Origin: a virus
Taxonomy: Duplodnaviria; Caudoviricetes
IMG/VR virus record: IMGVR_UViG_3300031994_000099
Location: 1,039 to 65,038 of that record
Length of the DNA: 64,000 bases
Strand: one strand, 5' to 3'
A program made the position numbers and the translations under genes. Numbering within the stretch: position 1 is the first letter of the stretch; every line of letters begins with the position of its first letter. The notes under the pieces are model-generated. The model was not told the DNA's origin. It made no database searches and saw only the letters and a list, made by a program, of their open reading frames with translations. Positions 34,002 through 44,103 of this stretch are shown here, in pieces.

Positions 34002-34837
34002 TAGGCCTCCCCCTTAACCGGGAACACATTTACACGGATGTGCCAGCAGACAATGTTATAGCCAGCCACGCCCTTGCTCACTACCTCGCAGCGGCCCTTC
34101 TCACCAATCACGATGCCGTTCAGCACAGAGTAGCCGTGGGTGCCGTGGGTGATAGAGAGGCCAGAGCAGTCCGTGGCCGTGCCCACATAGCGTTCTACAC
34201 GCTGGGCCAGGTCCTGGACGAGGGTGGCGGCATCTTCGGCGGCTCCCTTCTCAATCTGGGCATCCGTCAGGGCAGCCATGCGTTTCAGTTTTTCCTGCTC
34301 GTCACGGGCGGCCTCAATGCGGCAGAACCTGGTCCAGGCATCCGAACCATGCCCGGCCTTGTAGGCCTCACGGCGGGCATCATAGTAGTCATCCACTGAA
34401 TACCACTCCCCGTTGTCCTTGCGTTCGGCAATGTCGTTCTGGGCAAAGGTCCTGCGGAACTTCCTATCAATGATGAGGCTGCGTTCAAGTTCACCCTGGT
34501 AGACCTTAATGGCCTTGGGGATAGCGTTGACCTTGGCCTCAGACTCAGCCAGTTCCTTGTTAAGGCGGTCCAGGTCCATCCTGCGGCCAAAGATTTCAGA
34601 CTTGCGGCGTTCAATCCCCTCACGGGCCTGGTCTGCGGTGTAGGCCGGGGTCCAGAGTCCGTTGGTCACGCAGTTCTTGGTGTCGTTCCCGTCACCCTTG
34701 AACTCATACCCGGCCTTGGCCAACTTGGCGATGGCGTTGTTCATACGGGTCTCAAGGCGGGGCAGGGCCTCCTCAGCCTTGCGGATAGCGGCCTGGGCCC
34801 TCTCAATATCCTTCTTGATGGTTTCAATCTTGCGCAT
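34001..34837 (-). CDS. Early hypothetical protein (278 aa, coiled-coil)
   Basis: Downstream of early cassette copy 3. Confidence 0.7.
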   Translation of the reverse strand: MRKIETIKKDIERAQAAIRKAEEALPRLETRMNNAIAKLAKAGYEFKGDGNDTKNCVTNGLWTPAYTADQAREGIERRKSEIFGRRMDLDRLNKELAESEAKVNAIPKAIKVYQGELERSLIIDRKFRRTFAQNDIAERKDNGEWYSVDDYYDARREAYKAGHGSDAWTRFCRIEAARDEQEKLKRMAALTDAQIEKGAAEDAATLVQDLAQRVERYVGTATDCSGLSITHGTHGYSVLNGIVIGEKGRCEVVSKGVAGYNIVCWHIRVNVFPVKGEA

Positions 34838-34957
34838 TTTTCTAGTCCTTTGCCCCGGAGGGGCGGTTGATTTTGTCCTTTAACGCTTATAAATATAACT
34901 CTTTTTTCGTGAAAAGGGTAGTGGTTCAGGCAACTTTTTTCGTAAAATTTTATTTAC
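34838..34957 (-). promoter_or_regulatory. Early promoter/leader cassette, copy 3 of 5
   Basis: Conserved blocks as in copy 1. Confidence 0.85.
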
Positions 34958-35002
34958 TAAAAATAGGCCCTCCGGGGAGTGCCCCAGGGAGCCTTCAGCG
35001 GC

Positions 35003-35200
35003 CTATCCTTTACGGCGTTTTTGTAGTTCCTCTGGGGTAGCCTCCCGGCCCTTTAGACTGGCCCGGTGGATAATGCGGAGGCACCTTTTACAAAAGTAGC
35101 AGTATGCACCGCCCCAGAGGACAAACAGAGCCTTGCCCCTGGGGACTACCTCCCGGTGCCCCTGGCAGAACACCATGCGGTTATGGTCTTGCGCACTCAT
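35003..35200 (-). CDS. Small Zn-finger-like protein
   Basis: FCQGH...YCYFCKRC. Confidence 0.5.
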   Translation of the reverse strand: MSAQDHNRMVFCQGHREVVPRGKALFVLWGGAYCYFCKRCLRIIHRASLKGREATPEELQKRRKG

Positions 35201-35206
35201 CGGCGT

Positions 35207-35437
35207 TCACCCCTTTAGCCAGGCAGCCCGGTCCCTAACACTGTGGGTCCCGTCCCCAAAGGCCCAGACGAATTTCATGAACAACGCCATGGCGGCCTCC
35301 CTCGTTTCTATGCCTCCCTTGACGGCCTCCACGCCATCCTCCCCGTGGTAGTATACATAGAACTTGTTGCCGTCAGCGTTTAGGCTAACCCACTGGCCAC
35401 TGTGTGTTTCCTCAACCCTCATGATTTGGTAGTTCAT
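35207..35437 (-). CDS. Hypothetical protein
   Basis: ORF track; RBS GGGAGGGGG. Confidence 0.6.
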   Translation of the reverse strand: MNYQIMRVEETHSGQWVSLNADGNKFYVYYHGEDGVEAVKGGIETREAAMALFMKFVWAFGDGTHSVRDRAAWLKG

Positions 35438-35449
35438 ACAGCCCCCTCC

Positions 35450-35672
35450 CTAGAGTTCCACCTTAATGTTACGGACAAAGGCCCACTCAGTGATGTCGGT
35501 CTTTACATAGTCCGCATCCGGGCTGCGGTCAATGTGTTCCTTTTCATCCCTGGCCACCTTAATGGCCGCCTCAAGGCTGTTCCTATACTTGGGGGGAGTT
35601 GTTGCCCACCTGCCCGTTCATACTGACCTGCGGGTTCCTATACCTGAAAAATGTTACTACTCTGTATTTCAT
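35450..35672 (-). pseudogene. Small gene frameshifted at a G6/C6 run
   Basis: MKYRVVTFFRYRNPQVSMNGQVGNNS stops early; removing one C of the run at 35591-35596 restores a 73-aa ORF ending ...RNIKVEL*. Confidence 0.5.
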
Positions 35673-35674
35673 TG

Positions 35675-35941
35675 CTATGCCTCCTGGTATGCATAAAGCG
35701 TATCTGCCTTGCAACGCTTATCATAGGTGTTGCCGTCCCCGCACTTAACGAAAAGATGGACCATTGTCTTTCCACATGGGGTAACCTCCATAACCTCTTG
35801 CGTTGACCCTCCCGTGCAAATCATAATATCCCCGGCCCTGAAGTCCCTTGCAGGCTTTGCAGGCCTCCAGCCGCAGCACGGCACTAAAATTTCCCCGTCA
35901 TGGCGGTGAAAGTAGGCATCAAGTTTTTCAATAGGGGTCAT
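35675..35941 (-). CDS. Early hypothetical protein
   Basis: Downstream of early cassette copy 4. Confidence 0.7.
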   Translation of the reverse strand: MTPIEKLDAYFHRHDGEILVPCCGWRPAKPARDFRAGDIMICTGGSTQEVMEVTPCGKTMVHLFVKCGDGNTYDKRCKADTLYAYQEA

Positions 35942-36053
35942 GGTTCTAGTCCTTTGGGGTCCTGGACCCCGGTTGATTTTGTCCTTTAACGCTTATAAAT
36001 ATAACTCTTTACGCATGAAAAGGGTAGGGGTAGAATAGTAAAATTTTATTTAC
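35942..36053 (-). promoter_or_regulatory. Early promoter/leader cassette, copy 4 of 5
   Basis: About 80 bp identical to copy 5. Confidence 0.85.
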
Positions 36054-36114
36054 TTTTCCCCATAAAAATCTTACTTTTTACTTACGGCACAGAAAATAGG
36101 CTATATTTAGGGGT

Positions 36115-36948
36115 ATGAATACCCGTCAGAAATACAACTCCACCATTCCAAAGGTAAAGCGGGGGCCAGAGCCTATGACCCACCGCCGCCCCACGGATAA
36201 TAGCCCCGCAGAGGCAGGCACCATTGCCTATGTCCCGCCCCGCACCTCCGGGGCTAAAAAGGACCCCACTGCCCTATTCCCGGACTGGAAGGCATCCGGG
36301 GCCTCCCTTGAGGAGGTCATATTTGCGGCTGAGTATCTTCAGAGCCGCTTTGACGCCGGGGCTGCTTACCGGGCAACCAACCCCAAGACCTCCCCCCGGA
36401 ACGACAGTGCCCACGGCATGGCTATGTTAAGGCGGCCCGCTGTCCAGGCCCTATTGACGGACTACACCAGCAGCTGGCTCCGGGGACGGGCGGCCCAACT
36501 AGAGTATGAGTTGTTCAGCACCCTCCACGCCCTCGCATTCTATGACCCCGGCCAGCTGGTCAACCCGGACGGCACTGCTGCCTTTAGTTCCTGGGATGAA
36601 CTGCCCGTTGAAATTCGCCGCTGCGTCACGGCCATTGATGTCAAGTTCTACGGCAAGGATGCTAACCGGGAGGCCGTCACCATTACCCTAGCCAATAGGG
36701 CTGATGCCCTAAAGGCCATTGCTGGCTACCTCGCCACTATCAAGAATGGGATGAACGCCCAGATGAACGATGCTATGAGGGTATCTGCCGACACTGAACT
36801 GCTCCTGGGCTCTATTATGTCCGGGGGACGCCCGGTTGACCGCCGCTCCCCCGCCCAGCGGAGGGCTGACGCCATCCAGGCTGACCGGGCCTCCGAAGGT
36901 CCTGCCGAAGGGTATGAGGCCCCACCAGTTATCAGGGGGCTGGCCTAA
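36115..36948 (+). CDS. terS: Terminase small subunit
   Basis: Immediately upstream of TerL; AAYRA...LRRPAV...AFYDPGQLVNPDG...DELP.EIRR pattern. Confidence 0.7.
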   Translation: MNTRQKYNSTIPKVKRGPEPMTHRRPTDNSPAEAGTIAYVPPRTSGAKKDPTALFPDWKASGASLEEVIFAAEYLQSRFDAGAAYRATNPKTSPRNDSAHGMAMLRRPAVQALLTDYTSSWLRGRAAQLEYELFSTLHALAFYDPGQLVNPDGTAAFSSWDELPVEIRRCVTAIDVKFYGKDANREAVTITLANRADALKAIAGYLATIKNGMNAQMNDAMRVSADTELLLGSIMSGGRPVDRRSPAQRRADAIQADRASEGPAEGYEAPPVIRGLA

Positions 36949-38279
36949 TGTTTACCTGGTGTCCCGACTATCTAGCCCGCATCAGGGACTGGCCTCACCT
37001 TATGGGTCATATGGTAGGTAAGAACCTGCTGACCCCGCTCCACTCCGACTGGTGCAAGATGATTTGGGATGCTCCCGGCGGCCAGCACTGCTCCCTTATG
37101 GCCCATCGTGGAGCCTACAAGACAACGGCCATCACTGAAATTGGCATCCTTTACTACCTTCTATTTCACCCCAATGACCGCATTGCCCTCATCCGTGAAA
37201 CCTGGACAGAGTCCGTAAAGACCCTGGAAACCATCAAGAACTACATGAAGACAGAGGCCATCCAGAGCCTCTTTGCCTATGCTCACGGCAAGCCGCCCAT
37301 CCCAGTAAAGTCCCCCGCCGGGTCCGTCACCTACTCCTTCAAGAGGTCCATCACTAAAGAAGGGAGCATTGACGCATACGGCATTAACCAGGTCCCGACT
37401 GGCTCCCACTATGACCGCATAATCTGCGATGATATTGTCACGATAAACTCCCGACTATCTAGGGCCAAGCGGGAGGCCGTCAAGCAGGGCGTGCTTGAAA
37501 TCATGACCAATATTGTGGACCCCGGCAAGTCCTGCTTTTTCGTGGGGACTCCGTGGCACTATGATGATGCCTGGGCCATGAAGAATGAGGATGGTGAGTT
37601 GATTATCCCGGAGGCCTGGAAATACAGACCCCAGGACACCCACATTCTTACCCCGGCCCAGCTGGAGGCCAAACGCAAGACCACCACGGCCTCGCTGTTC
37701 GCTATCAACTACATGCTAGACACGAGCGTGCGTGACGAGGGCCAGATATTTGATGAGCCCCACTATGCGGACTGGGACCACTCCCTGCTCCCCACCCGTG
37801 TCCACTCCCATGTGGATGCCGCCTGGGACGGGGCCTGCACCAACGCCCTAACTATCATGGCCAAGAACCCTATCACGGGACGCATCCACGCCTATGGCAA
37901 GATGTATCCGGGGAACATCCAGGACTGCCTCACTGATGTAGTCCAGACCTGCGGGGCCTACAAGTCCAGGGACCTCCGATTGGAGGACAACGCCGACAAG
38001 AAGATGCTGGCCAAGGAATTTATGAAGGTGCCGGGTGCTCCCCGTGTATCCTCTTACCACGAGGCCATGAACAAGGACATTAAAATTGCCTGCTACCTCA
38101 AGAAGTATTGGAACGACATTGATTGGGACCCCCGGACTGACCCCAATTACATGATGCAGGTGCTAGACTACAGACCCGGCCAGGACCCACGTGACTGCGC
38201 AGACTCTGCCGCCTCCCTACTCCGTGAGGTGTTCTACAAGACTGACTCAGCCAAGGGCCACGGGTCCTTATACGATTAA
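36948..38279 (+). CDS. terL: Terminase large subunit
   Basis: AHRGAYKTT Walker A variant, IICDD Walker B, VGTPWH, nuclease HVDAAW...DCADSA. Confidence 0.85.
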   Translation: MFTWCPDYLARIRDWPHLMGHMVGKNLLTPLHSDWCKMIWDAPGGQHCSLMAHRGAYKTTAITEIGILYYLLFHPNDRIALIRETWTESVKTLETIKNYMKTEAIQSLFAYAHGKPPIPVKSPAGSVTYSFKRSITKEGSIDAYGINQVPTGSHYDRIICDDIVTINSRLSRAKREAVKQGVLEIMTNIVDPGKSCFFVGTPWHYDDAWAMKNEDGELIIPEAWKYRPQDTHILTPAQLEAKRKTTTASLFAINYMLDTSVRDEGQIFDEPHYADWDHSLLPTRVHSHVDAAWDGACTNALTIMAKNPITGRIHAYGKMYPGNIQDCLTDVVQTCGAYKSRDLRLEDNADKKMLAKEFMKVPGAPRVSSYHEAMNKDIKIACYLKKYWNDIDWDPRTDPNYMMQVLDYRPGQDPRDCADSAASLLREVFYKTDSAKGHGSLYD

Positions 38280-38302
38280 CAATCAATGGAGGGACAACCC
38301 TA

Positions 38303-39616
38303 ATGACTACACTCACCAAAAACCTTTTCCGCTTGGACGGATGGAAAAACCTCTTGAGCGGCCTGGGTGGCCGCCGGGACAAGACCCGCTACACCAAGCC
38401 CTCCCCGGTCACACGGCTCTCTGACATAGAACTGGCTGCCCTCTATTACGGGGACCCTATTGCAGCAGATGCCGTGGACTACCTGCCTGAGGACATGACC
38501 AAGGCGGGCTTTGAGGTCAACGAGGATAATGGGGAACTGGAGCAGGCATTCAATGAACTCCACGGCCCCGAAAAGTTCAAGGAGGCCCTGGCCTACACAG
38601 AACTTTATGGTGGGGCAATTATCCTTATGGACATTGAGGGGTCCGGGACCTATGACCAGCCCTATGACCCCGCCAAGGGCAAGAAGGTCCGGGCACTCCG
38701 GGTCTACCCCCGGACCCGGATTGACCTGGGCCTTATGAAGCAGGTGGTCCTGCCTGAAAGCCCCTATTTTGAGGACTATGAACAATTTGTCATCCGTAAG
38801 ATAGACGGGGCTACATTCAAGGCCCACGCCTCCCGCTGCCTCATCTTCAGGTCCCCGATTAAGGTGGACCCGACCATGGCGGGATTTGTAGAGCATGAAC
38901 GCTACTGGGGACTGCCCGCAGTCTTGCGGTATTATGATGCCGTGGCGGCCTATGGGACCCTCATCCAGGGTCTCACGCACCTCTCGCAGGAACTCGCAGT
39001 GGGCAAGTATAAGTTGGCCAACCTGGAGCAGCTGGTGGCTGAGGGTGATTATAGGTCTATCAACCGCCGCATGGACGCAATAGACACGCAGAAGTCCCTT
39101 GTGAATGGGGTGTTCCTTGGGGAGGGTGAAGACTATACGAGGGAGCAGCTGACCTTGTCCGGGGTGGATGCCCTAACGGACCGCTTTATGATGCATGTCG
39201 CAGCGGCTACCCGCTATTCAGTCACCCGGCTCTTTGGCCGCTCCGCTGCGGGGCTGAACGCCACGGGCAAGGGGGACCAGGACAACTACTATGACCGGGT
39301 GAAGTCTGCCCAGACCAACCGCATGACCCCGCCGCTGATTAGGCTCCTAGAGGTCCTGAACAACTCCCTCAAGGTCCTGCCGAAGGGCGAAAAGATTGCC
39401 GTGACCTACAATCCGCTCTATCCCATGGACTCCACCCAGGAGGCTGATGTGCGGTATAAGATTGCCCAGGCTGATGCCGTGTATATTGACCGGGGCGTGT
39501 TGTCTCAAGATGAGGTCCGGGCCAATAGGTTCCTGGGCGGCTACAAGTTGGACACCTCTGTTGATACCGATGCCGCCCCGGACCTCGTGCCCCCTAACTC
39601 CACCCCGGCGGTATAG
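38303..39616 (+). CDS. Portal protein (DUF1073-type)
   Basis: Follows TerL; LYGGA, RLFGRSAAGLNATGKGD..NYYD motifs. Confidence 0.85.
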   Translation: MTTLTKNLFRLDGWKNLLSGLGGRRDKTRYTKPSPVTRLSDIELAALYYGDPIAADAVDYLPEDMTKAGFEVNEDNGELEQAFNELHGPEKFKEALAYTELYGGAIILMDIEGSGTYDQPYDPAKGKKVRALRVYPRTRIDLGLMKQVVLPESPYFEDYEQFVIRKIDGATFKAHASRCLIFRSPIKVDPTMAGFVEHERYWGLPAVLRYYDAVAAYGTLIQGLTHLSQELAVGKYKLANLEQLVAEGDYRSINRRMDAIDTQKSLVNGVFLGEGEDYTREQLTLSGVDALTDRFMMHVAAATRYSVTRLFGRSAAGLNATGKGDQDNYYDRVKSAQTNRMTPPLIRLLEVLNNSLKVLPKGEKIAVTYNPLYPMDSTQEADVRYKIAQADAVYIDRGVLSQDEVRANRFLGGYKLDTSVDTDAAPDLVPPNSTPAV

Positions 39617-39619
39617 CCC

Positions 39620-41755
39620 ATGCGCAAGTCCACTACATTTGCCCGGCTATTCCGGGAGCAGGGCAGCCGCAAGTCCGTCAAGTTGATGTCCCGGAGGCAG
39701 TGGAAATATCCTGCTGCCCTAGAACACCAATATGCCCGGTCCATCAAGTTCTACCTGGACAAGAGTTGGAAGGGCTACGCCCAGACCCTTATTGACTCCT
39801 ATGTTCCCGCCAGGATGGATGCCCTGGAGGACATCTGGCCTGAGGACCCGACCCGTGGCCCGGTCCTGGGGGCCATTGTTACGATTGCTGAGAACATGGA
39901 AAAGTTCAACCAGCGGGAGTGGGATGCCTTCAAGAAAATTGCCGTGGGGGCGGCCTTTAGTGAGGAGGATGCCTGGACCCAGGCCGTGGTGGATGAATGG
40001 GCCCGGACCCAGGTGGCCCTAATCACCAAGGCCTCTAATGACATGCGGGACGCAGTTGCTCGCCGGGTCCGCAAGGGTGTTGCCGAAGGTCAGAACAACG
40101 ATGAAATCAAGGCCCTAATCATGAGGGACCTGCCGGGAATATCTACCCGGCGGGCTGCTATTATCGCAAGGGACCAGACTGCTAAACTGAATGCCGACCT
40201 ATCCCAGGGCCGCATGGAGCAGGCAGGCATTGAGACATATATCTGGTCCACCTCTATGGATGAGCGGGTCAGGGGACTCCCCGGTGGTAAATATGCGGAC
40301 TCCAGGACCTCCCACTATGTGATGGAGGGGCTGATTTGCCGTTGGGATGACCCGACTAAATACCGCAACGCCTCCGGGGAATGGGTGGCCCGGCCTATGG
40401 GTGCCCCGCTGCTCCACCCCGGTCAGGACATCATGTGTCGCTGTGTGGCCCTACCTAACTGGGGGGAGTTAGACGAACTGACTGACGCTACCCCTGAGGA
40501 ACGGGCCCAGACAGAATTGGAGGCCGCCCAGGATGCCCTCGCAAGGGCTACCACAGCAGCCTCCTACATAGACCCCTCCAACCCGGCCCGTGATACCTTT
40601 ATCAAGGAGCAGGAGCGGGCCCAGGCCATCATAGACAAGTTGTTGGTAAAGGCTGCCCCGCCCCCGGCGGCATCCGCTGCTAAAGTAGTGACGGATGTGG
40701 CTGCTGTCAAGAAAATAATTGGTGAGACCTCTATGGCTGTTACTGCCGGGACCACCAGTGACGAAACATTGGCTGCCTTTGGTCAGTTGTTAGATACGAT
40801 GGACCCGGAGCAACGGGCAGCCTATGAGCGGGTGTTCCAGGACTGGGTTTGGGGCATTGGTAAGTTTCCCCGTGATAAGGGTCCTTGCTACTACCAGGAC
40901 CGCCTTATTCACATATGGGATGTGGCTGGACAGACCCACAAGTATAATGCCACTACAATGGTTCATGAGATTGCCCACGCCATTGATGAGTTCCGGGGCT
41001 GGTCAATGAAGGGTGTCCGGGCTATGGCCGGGACCTATTCAGTGGCATGGGAAAAAGGATTTTATAAGGCCCTAGAACCTGCCGTGAAGGACCTGATGGA
41101 CAATCTATCCACAGCCTTTTCCGGGGCAGTAAAGGATGCCCTGGCCTCGTTTGACCCGGCGGCTATCCGGGCAGCTGCCCAGTTGTCCCGGACTAGCATT
41201 GACCCGTTCAGCAATCCATTCTACCTAGCCTGGCGGGACAAGACCACGGCAGACTTTGTGGCCATAAAATACTCCACCCGTTACCTGATGAACTTTAGGG
41301 ACTGGGATGAGATTATTGCTGCGTCAGACGATAAAATCAAGGATGTATTTGCGGGTATAGTGGAGCGGTGCACCCGGTCTGATGTAGTGGGCCAGCGTCA
41401 CTGGCGTGAAGTGCTGTTGTCCTCAGAAAAGTCCCCATTGTATAAGTTTTCGCAGATGACCGACCCCACAATGCGGTCTAGGTCCCTGGGGGTCATATCC
41501 GACATGCTGGATGGTCATACTATGGGCAAGGTGAGTCTGGGTGAGAGCCACGGCCCCTCCTATTGGAAAAAGTTTGAGCGGGCCGGGGCACCACGAGGCT
41601 TTGCGGCTACCCTAGAGGGCTGGGCTGAGACCAACGAACTGATGGCCCTGGGCCAGGATGCAAAGTGGGTTTTAGACGAACTTTTGCCCGGAGTGGAAGG
41701 CAAGGCCCGTGAAATTTACACAGATATTGCTAAACAATTTGGAGGCACCCCGTGA
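39620..41755 (+). CDS. MuF/gp7 head morphogenesis protein fused to a C-terminal HExxH metallopeptidase-like domain
   Basis: IIARDQTAKLN, YIWSTSMDERVR, HPGQDIMCRC; C-term VHEIAHAID and HGPSYW...EGWAE. Confidence 0.85.
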   Translation: MRKSTTFARLFREQGSRKSVKLMSRRQWKYPAALEHQYARSIKFYLDKSWKGYAQTLIDSYVPARMDALEDIWPEDPTRGPVLGAIVTIAENMEKFNQREWDAFKKIAVGAAFSEEDAWTQAVVDEWARTQVALITKASNDMRDAVARRVRKGVAEGQNNDEIKALIMRDLPGISTRRAAIIARDQTAKLNADLSQGRMEQAGIETYIWSTSMDERVRGLPGGKYADSRTSHYVMEGLICRWDDPTKYRNASGEWVARPMGAPLLHPGQDIMCRCVALPNWGELDELTDATPEERAQTELEAAQDALARATTAASYIDPSNPARDTFIKEQERAQAIIDKLLVKAAPPPAASAAKVVTDVAAVKKIIGETSMAVTAGTTSDETLAAFGQLLDTMDPEQRAAYERVFQDWVWGIGKFPRDKGPCYYQDRLIHIWDVAGQTHKYNATTMVHEIAHAIDEFRGWSMKGVRAMAGTYSVAWEKGFYKALEPAVKDLMDNLSTAFSGAVKDALASFDPAAIRAAAQLSRTSIDPFSNPFYLAWRDKTTADFVAIKYSTRYLMNFRDWDEIIAASDDKIKDVFAGIVERCTRSDVVGQRHWREVLLSSEKSPLYKFSQMTDPTMRSRSLGVISDMLDGHTMGKVSLGESHGPSYWKKFERAGAPRGFAATLEGWAETNELMALGQDAKWVLDELLPGVEGKAREIYTDIAKQFGGTP

Positions 41756-42012
41756 CCTTTGATGAAATCATAAATACCCCGGCGGCTCTATCCTACATGG
41801 AAATGACCCGGACCGGGCTGACCTACAACCCTTGGGACAACTCTATCCACGCCCAGACTGCTGACGGGCTAGAGTATATGGTGAAGGGGTCCGAAGTGGC
41901 CGTGCTTGACGCTATCCAGGTGTCAGTAGGCTCCGGCCAGGACCTCCTGAAGCAGTTGTTTGTCCCCCTAGATGAGCCCACCGATGATGAAGGCAATCCG
42001 GGCATTCTCTAG
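41752..42012 (+). CDS. Small acidic protein (candidate immunity or partner of the MuF toxin)
   Basis: GTGA overlap with the MuF stop; 86 aa. Confidence 0.55.
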   Translation: MTFDEIINTPAALSYMEMTRTGLTYNPWDNSIHAQTADGLEYMVKGSEVAVLDAIQVSVGSGQDLLKQLFVPLDEPTDDEGNPGIL

Positions 42013-42180
42013 CCAGTTAGATGGGATAGCCCTATAATTTATCAGCCGGGCAATAAAACGGCCTAGAACTGGCCATTGCGGTCAATTATCAGCCACTTTA
42101 GACCCCGGACTAATAAAAAATTTTTGAAACGGCATCCCTTTTCTTAAATTTTTATTATATTTTTCTTACTGGAGCGACTT

Positions 42181-43374
42181 ATGGACCCCAAAATTGACGC
42201 AAAACAGACCCGCACCGACTGGTATGACAATTTTATGGATGCTACCCGCCCGGTGGAAAAGACCCCGGAGGGCTTTGCCAAGGCCACAGTGGCCGTTACA
42301 TCCATTGGTGTCTTTACCTATCGCAACCCGGATGGGACCACCCGGCGGGAATTGCGGTTGCCTGAGGAGGTGTTCAAGCAGGACTCTATGGACACCCTGG
42401 CCCTCAAGCCCATGACCCTGCTCCACCCGACTAAAGACCAGACCCCTGAAAGTTTATTGAACCCGGAAACAGTGCAGGCCCTCTCTTGCGGCTCTGTCGG
42501 TGTCCCCTTTGCGGACTCTTACCGGGTATTTACTGAGATTATGGTGACCCGTGCGGATGCTATTGAGAGCGTGCTGACCGGGCAGACACTGGGACTCTCT
42601 TGCGGATATACCTGCGACATTGAATGGACCTCCGGGAACTGGCTTGGCCAGGACTACGATTGCATTCAACGCAATATCCGATATAATCATGTTGCCCTGG
42701 TCCCCCGACCCAGGGCGGGCGATGACGCAACAATCCGCCTTGACGCTGCCGGGGCACCGGGACCCGTGCCCAGTGAGTATTTAACAACCGAAAAGGAGCC
42801 CAATATGGACTACAAAAAAGTGAACCTTGACGGGGTGGAATACCAGGCTGAGGCCCAGGTCATCACCGCCCTCACCAAGGCCCAGGAACAAGTGGCCGCC
42901 CTTAACTCCCAGGTGGACCAGCTGCGCACGGATGCTGCTGACTCCGCAAAGAAGGTGTCCACGCTTGAAGGTGAACGGGACAGCCTCAAGGAACGCCTTG
43001 ACGCTGCCGAAAAGGAAATGCCGGGCAAGATTGCTAAAGCAGTCCAGTCCCAGATTGAACTCATGGACAAGGCCCGTGCAGCGGGTTGCGAGGTCCGTGC
43101 CGACATGTCCGAAAAGGACCTCAAGACGGCAGTCATCCTCAAGAAGTTCCCCAAGGCTAACCTGGACGGCAAGGATGACAACTATCTCCAGGCCCGGTTT
43201 GATGCGGCTTGCGAGGCTATTGCCGAAGATGCCGAAAACCAGAGCCGCCAGGATGCGGCTGACATCAACCCCAAAGACTCTACCAAAAAGGACCCGCTGG
43301 CTGAATCCATGAAACGCTACAACGCCCGGATGGACAACGCCTGGTCTGACTCTAACCCGAACAAGGAGGCCTAA
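42181..43374 (+). CDS. DUF2213 prohead protease/scaffold protein
   Basis: LSCGY, YNHVALVPRPRAG motifs, then a coiled-coil scaffold. Confidence 0.85.
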   Translation: MDPKIDAKQTRTDWYDNFMDATRPVEKTPEGFAKATVAVTSIGVFTYRNPDGTTRRELRLPEEVFKQDSMDTLALKPMTLLHPTKDQTPESLLNPETVQALSCGSVGVPFADSYRVFTEIMVTRADAIESVLTGQTLGLSCGYTCDIEWTSGNWLGQDYDCIQRNIRYNHVALVPRPRAGDDATIRLDAAGAPGPVPSEYLTTEKEPNMDYKKVNLDGVEYQAEAQVITALTKAQEQVAALNSQVDQLRTDAADSAKKVSTLEGERDSLKERLDAAEKEMPGKIAKAVQSQIELMDKARAAGCEVRADMSEKDLKTAVILKKFPKANLDGKDDNYLQARFDAACEAIAEDAENQSRQDAADINPKDSTKKDPLAESMKRYNARMDNAWSDSNPNKEA

Positions 43375-43376
43375 CA

Positions 43377-44090
43377 ATGGCTGCTTATGGTAACATGGAA
43401 AAGGCTGTGCCCGGCCTCTTGGATGGGCTTAACCACCAGATTGACTCCCGCCTTGCCGATGGAGCAATTGACTTTGGTGATGTCGTCTGCGGCAAGGATG
43501 GCGACCAGGTGACCCTGGGTGGCGATGTCCCGCTGGGCATTGTAGCCCGGACCGCCCTGGATGCCCCGAACTACCCGAACAAGGCTGCTGTCAATGTCTG
43601 CCGCACGGGCAAGGTTTGGGCCAACGCCTCCGAAGCAGTCACAGCTGACTCCGAAGTGAGCGTGAACGCCTCCACTGGTAAGATTATCGCAAAGACCTCC
43701 GCAGCTGCCGGAGCCAAGCGTGTTGTGACCATCACTGTGGCCAACGCATCGGCTGAAGGTAAGAAGGTGACTGTTGTCGTGGGTGACAAGAAATTTGAAC
43801 TCACTACCACCGCCACTGTTAAGGCCGCCAATGATGTGGCTGCTGCTATTAAGGCGGGCTTGGAAGGTCTGGACATTCCGTTTGTCCCCACTGTTTCCTC
43901 TGCGGTTGTTACGCTTACGGCCAAGGCCAAGGGCGTGAATGACACTGCGGTCACGGCTGCCACCACCGACTCCACCCAGACCCTCACTGTGGCCCAGACC
44001 CAGGCTGGCTCTGATGTTGTCGCCAATCCGGGCTGGTTTGCCCGTTCCACCATTGACGCTCCGGGCATTGTGCTCGTGGACATGAACTAA
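43377..44090 (+). CDS. Capsid decoration/cement protein with inserted Ala/Thr/Val-rich beta domain
   Basis: Between scaffold and MCP; IDFGDVV, NVCRTGKVW motifs. Confidence 0.7.
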   Translation: MAAYGNMEKAVPGLLDGLNHQIDSRLADGAIDFGDVVCGKDGDQVTLGGDVPLGIVARTALDAPNYPNKAAVNVCRTGKVWANASEAVTADSEVSVNASTGKIIAKTSAAAGAKRVVTITVANASAEGKKVTVVVGDKKFELTTTATVKAANDVAAAIKAGLEGLDIPFVPTVSSAVVTLTAKAKGVNDTAVTAATTDSTQTLTVAQTQAGSDVVANPGWFARSTIDAPGIVLVDMN

Positions 44091-44103
44091 AGGGAGGTAA
44101 AAG

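Noticed and set aside
38303-39616. Anti-CBASS Acb1 label sometimes attached to DUF1073 proteins
   Set aside because: Position after TerL, size and motifs indicate a portal; no 2H phosphoesterase HxT motifs were seen.
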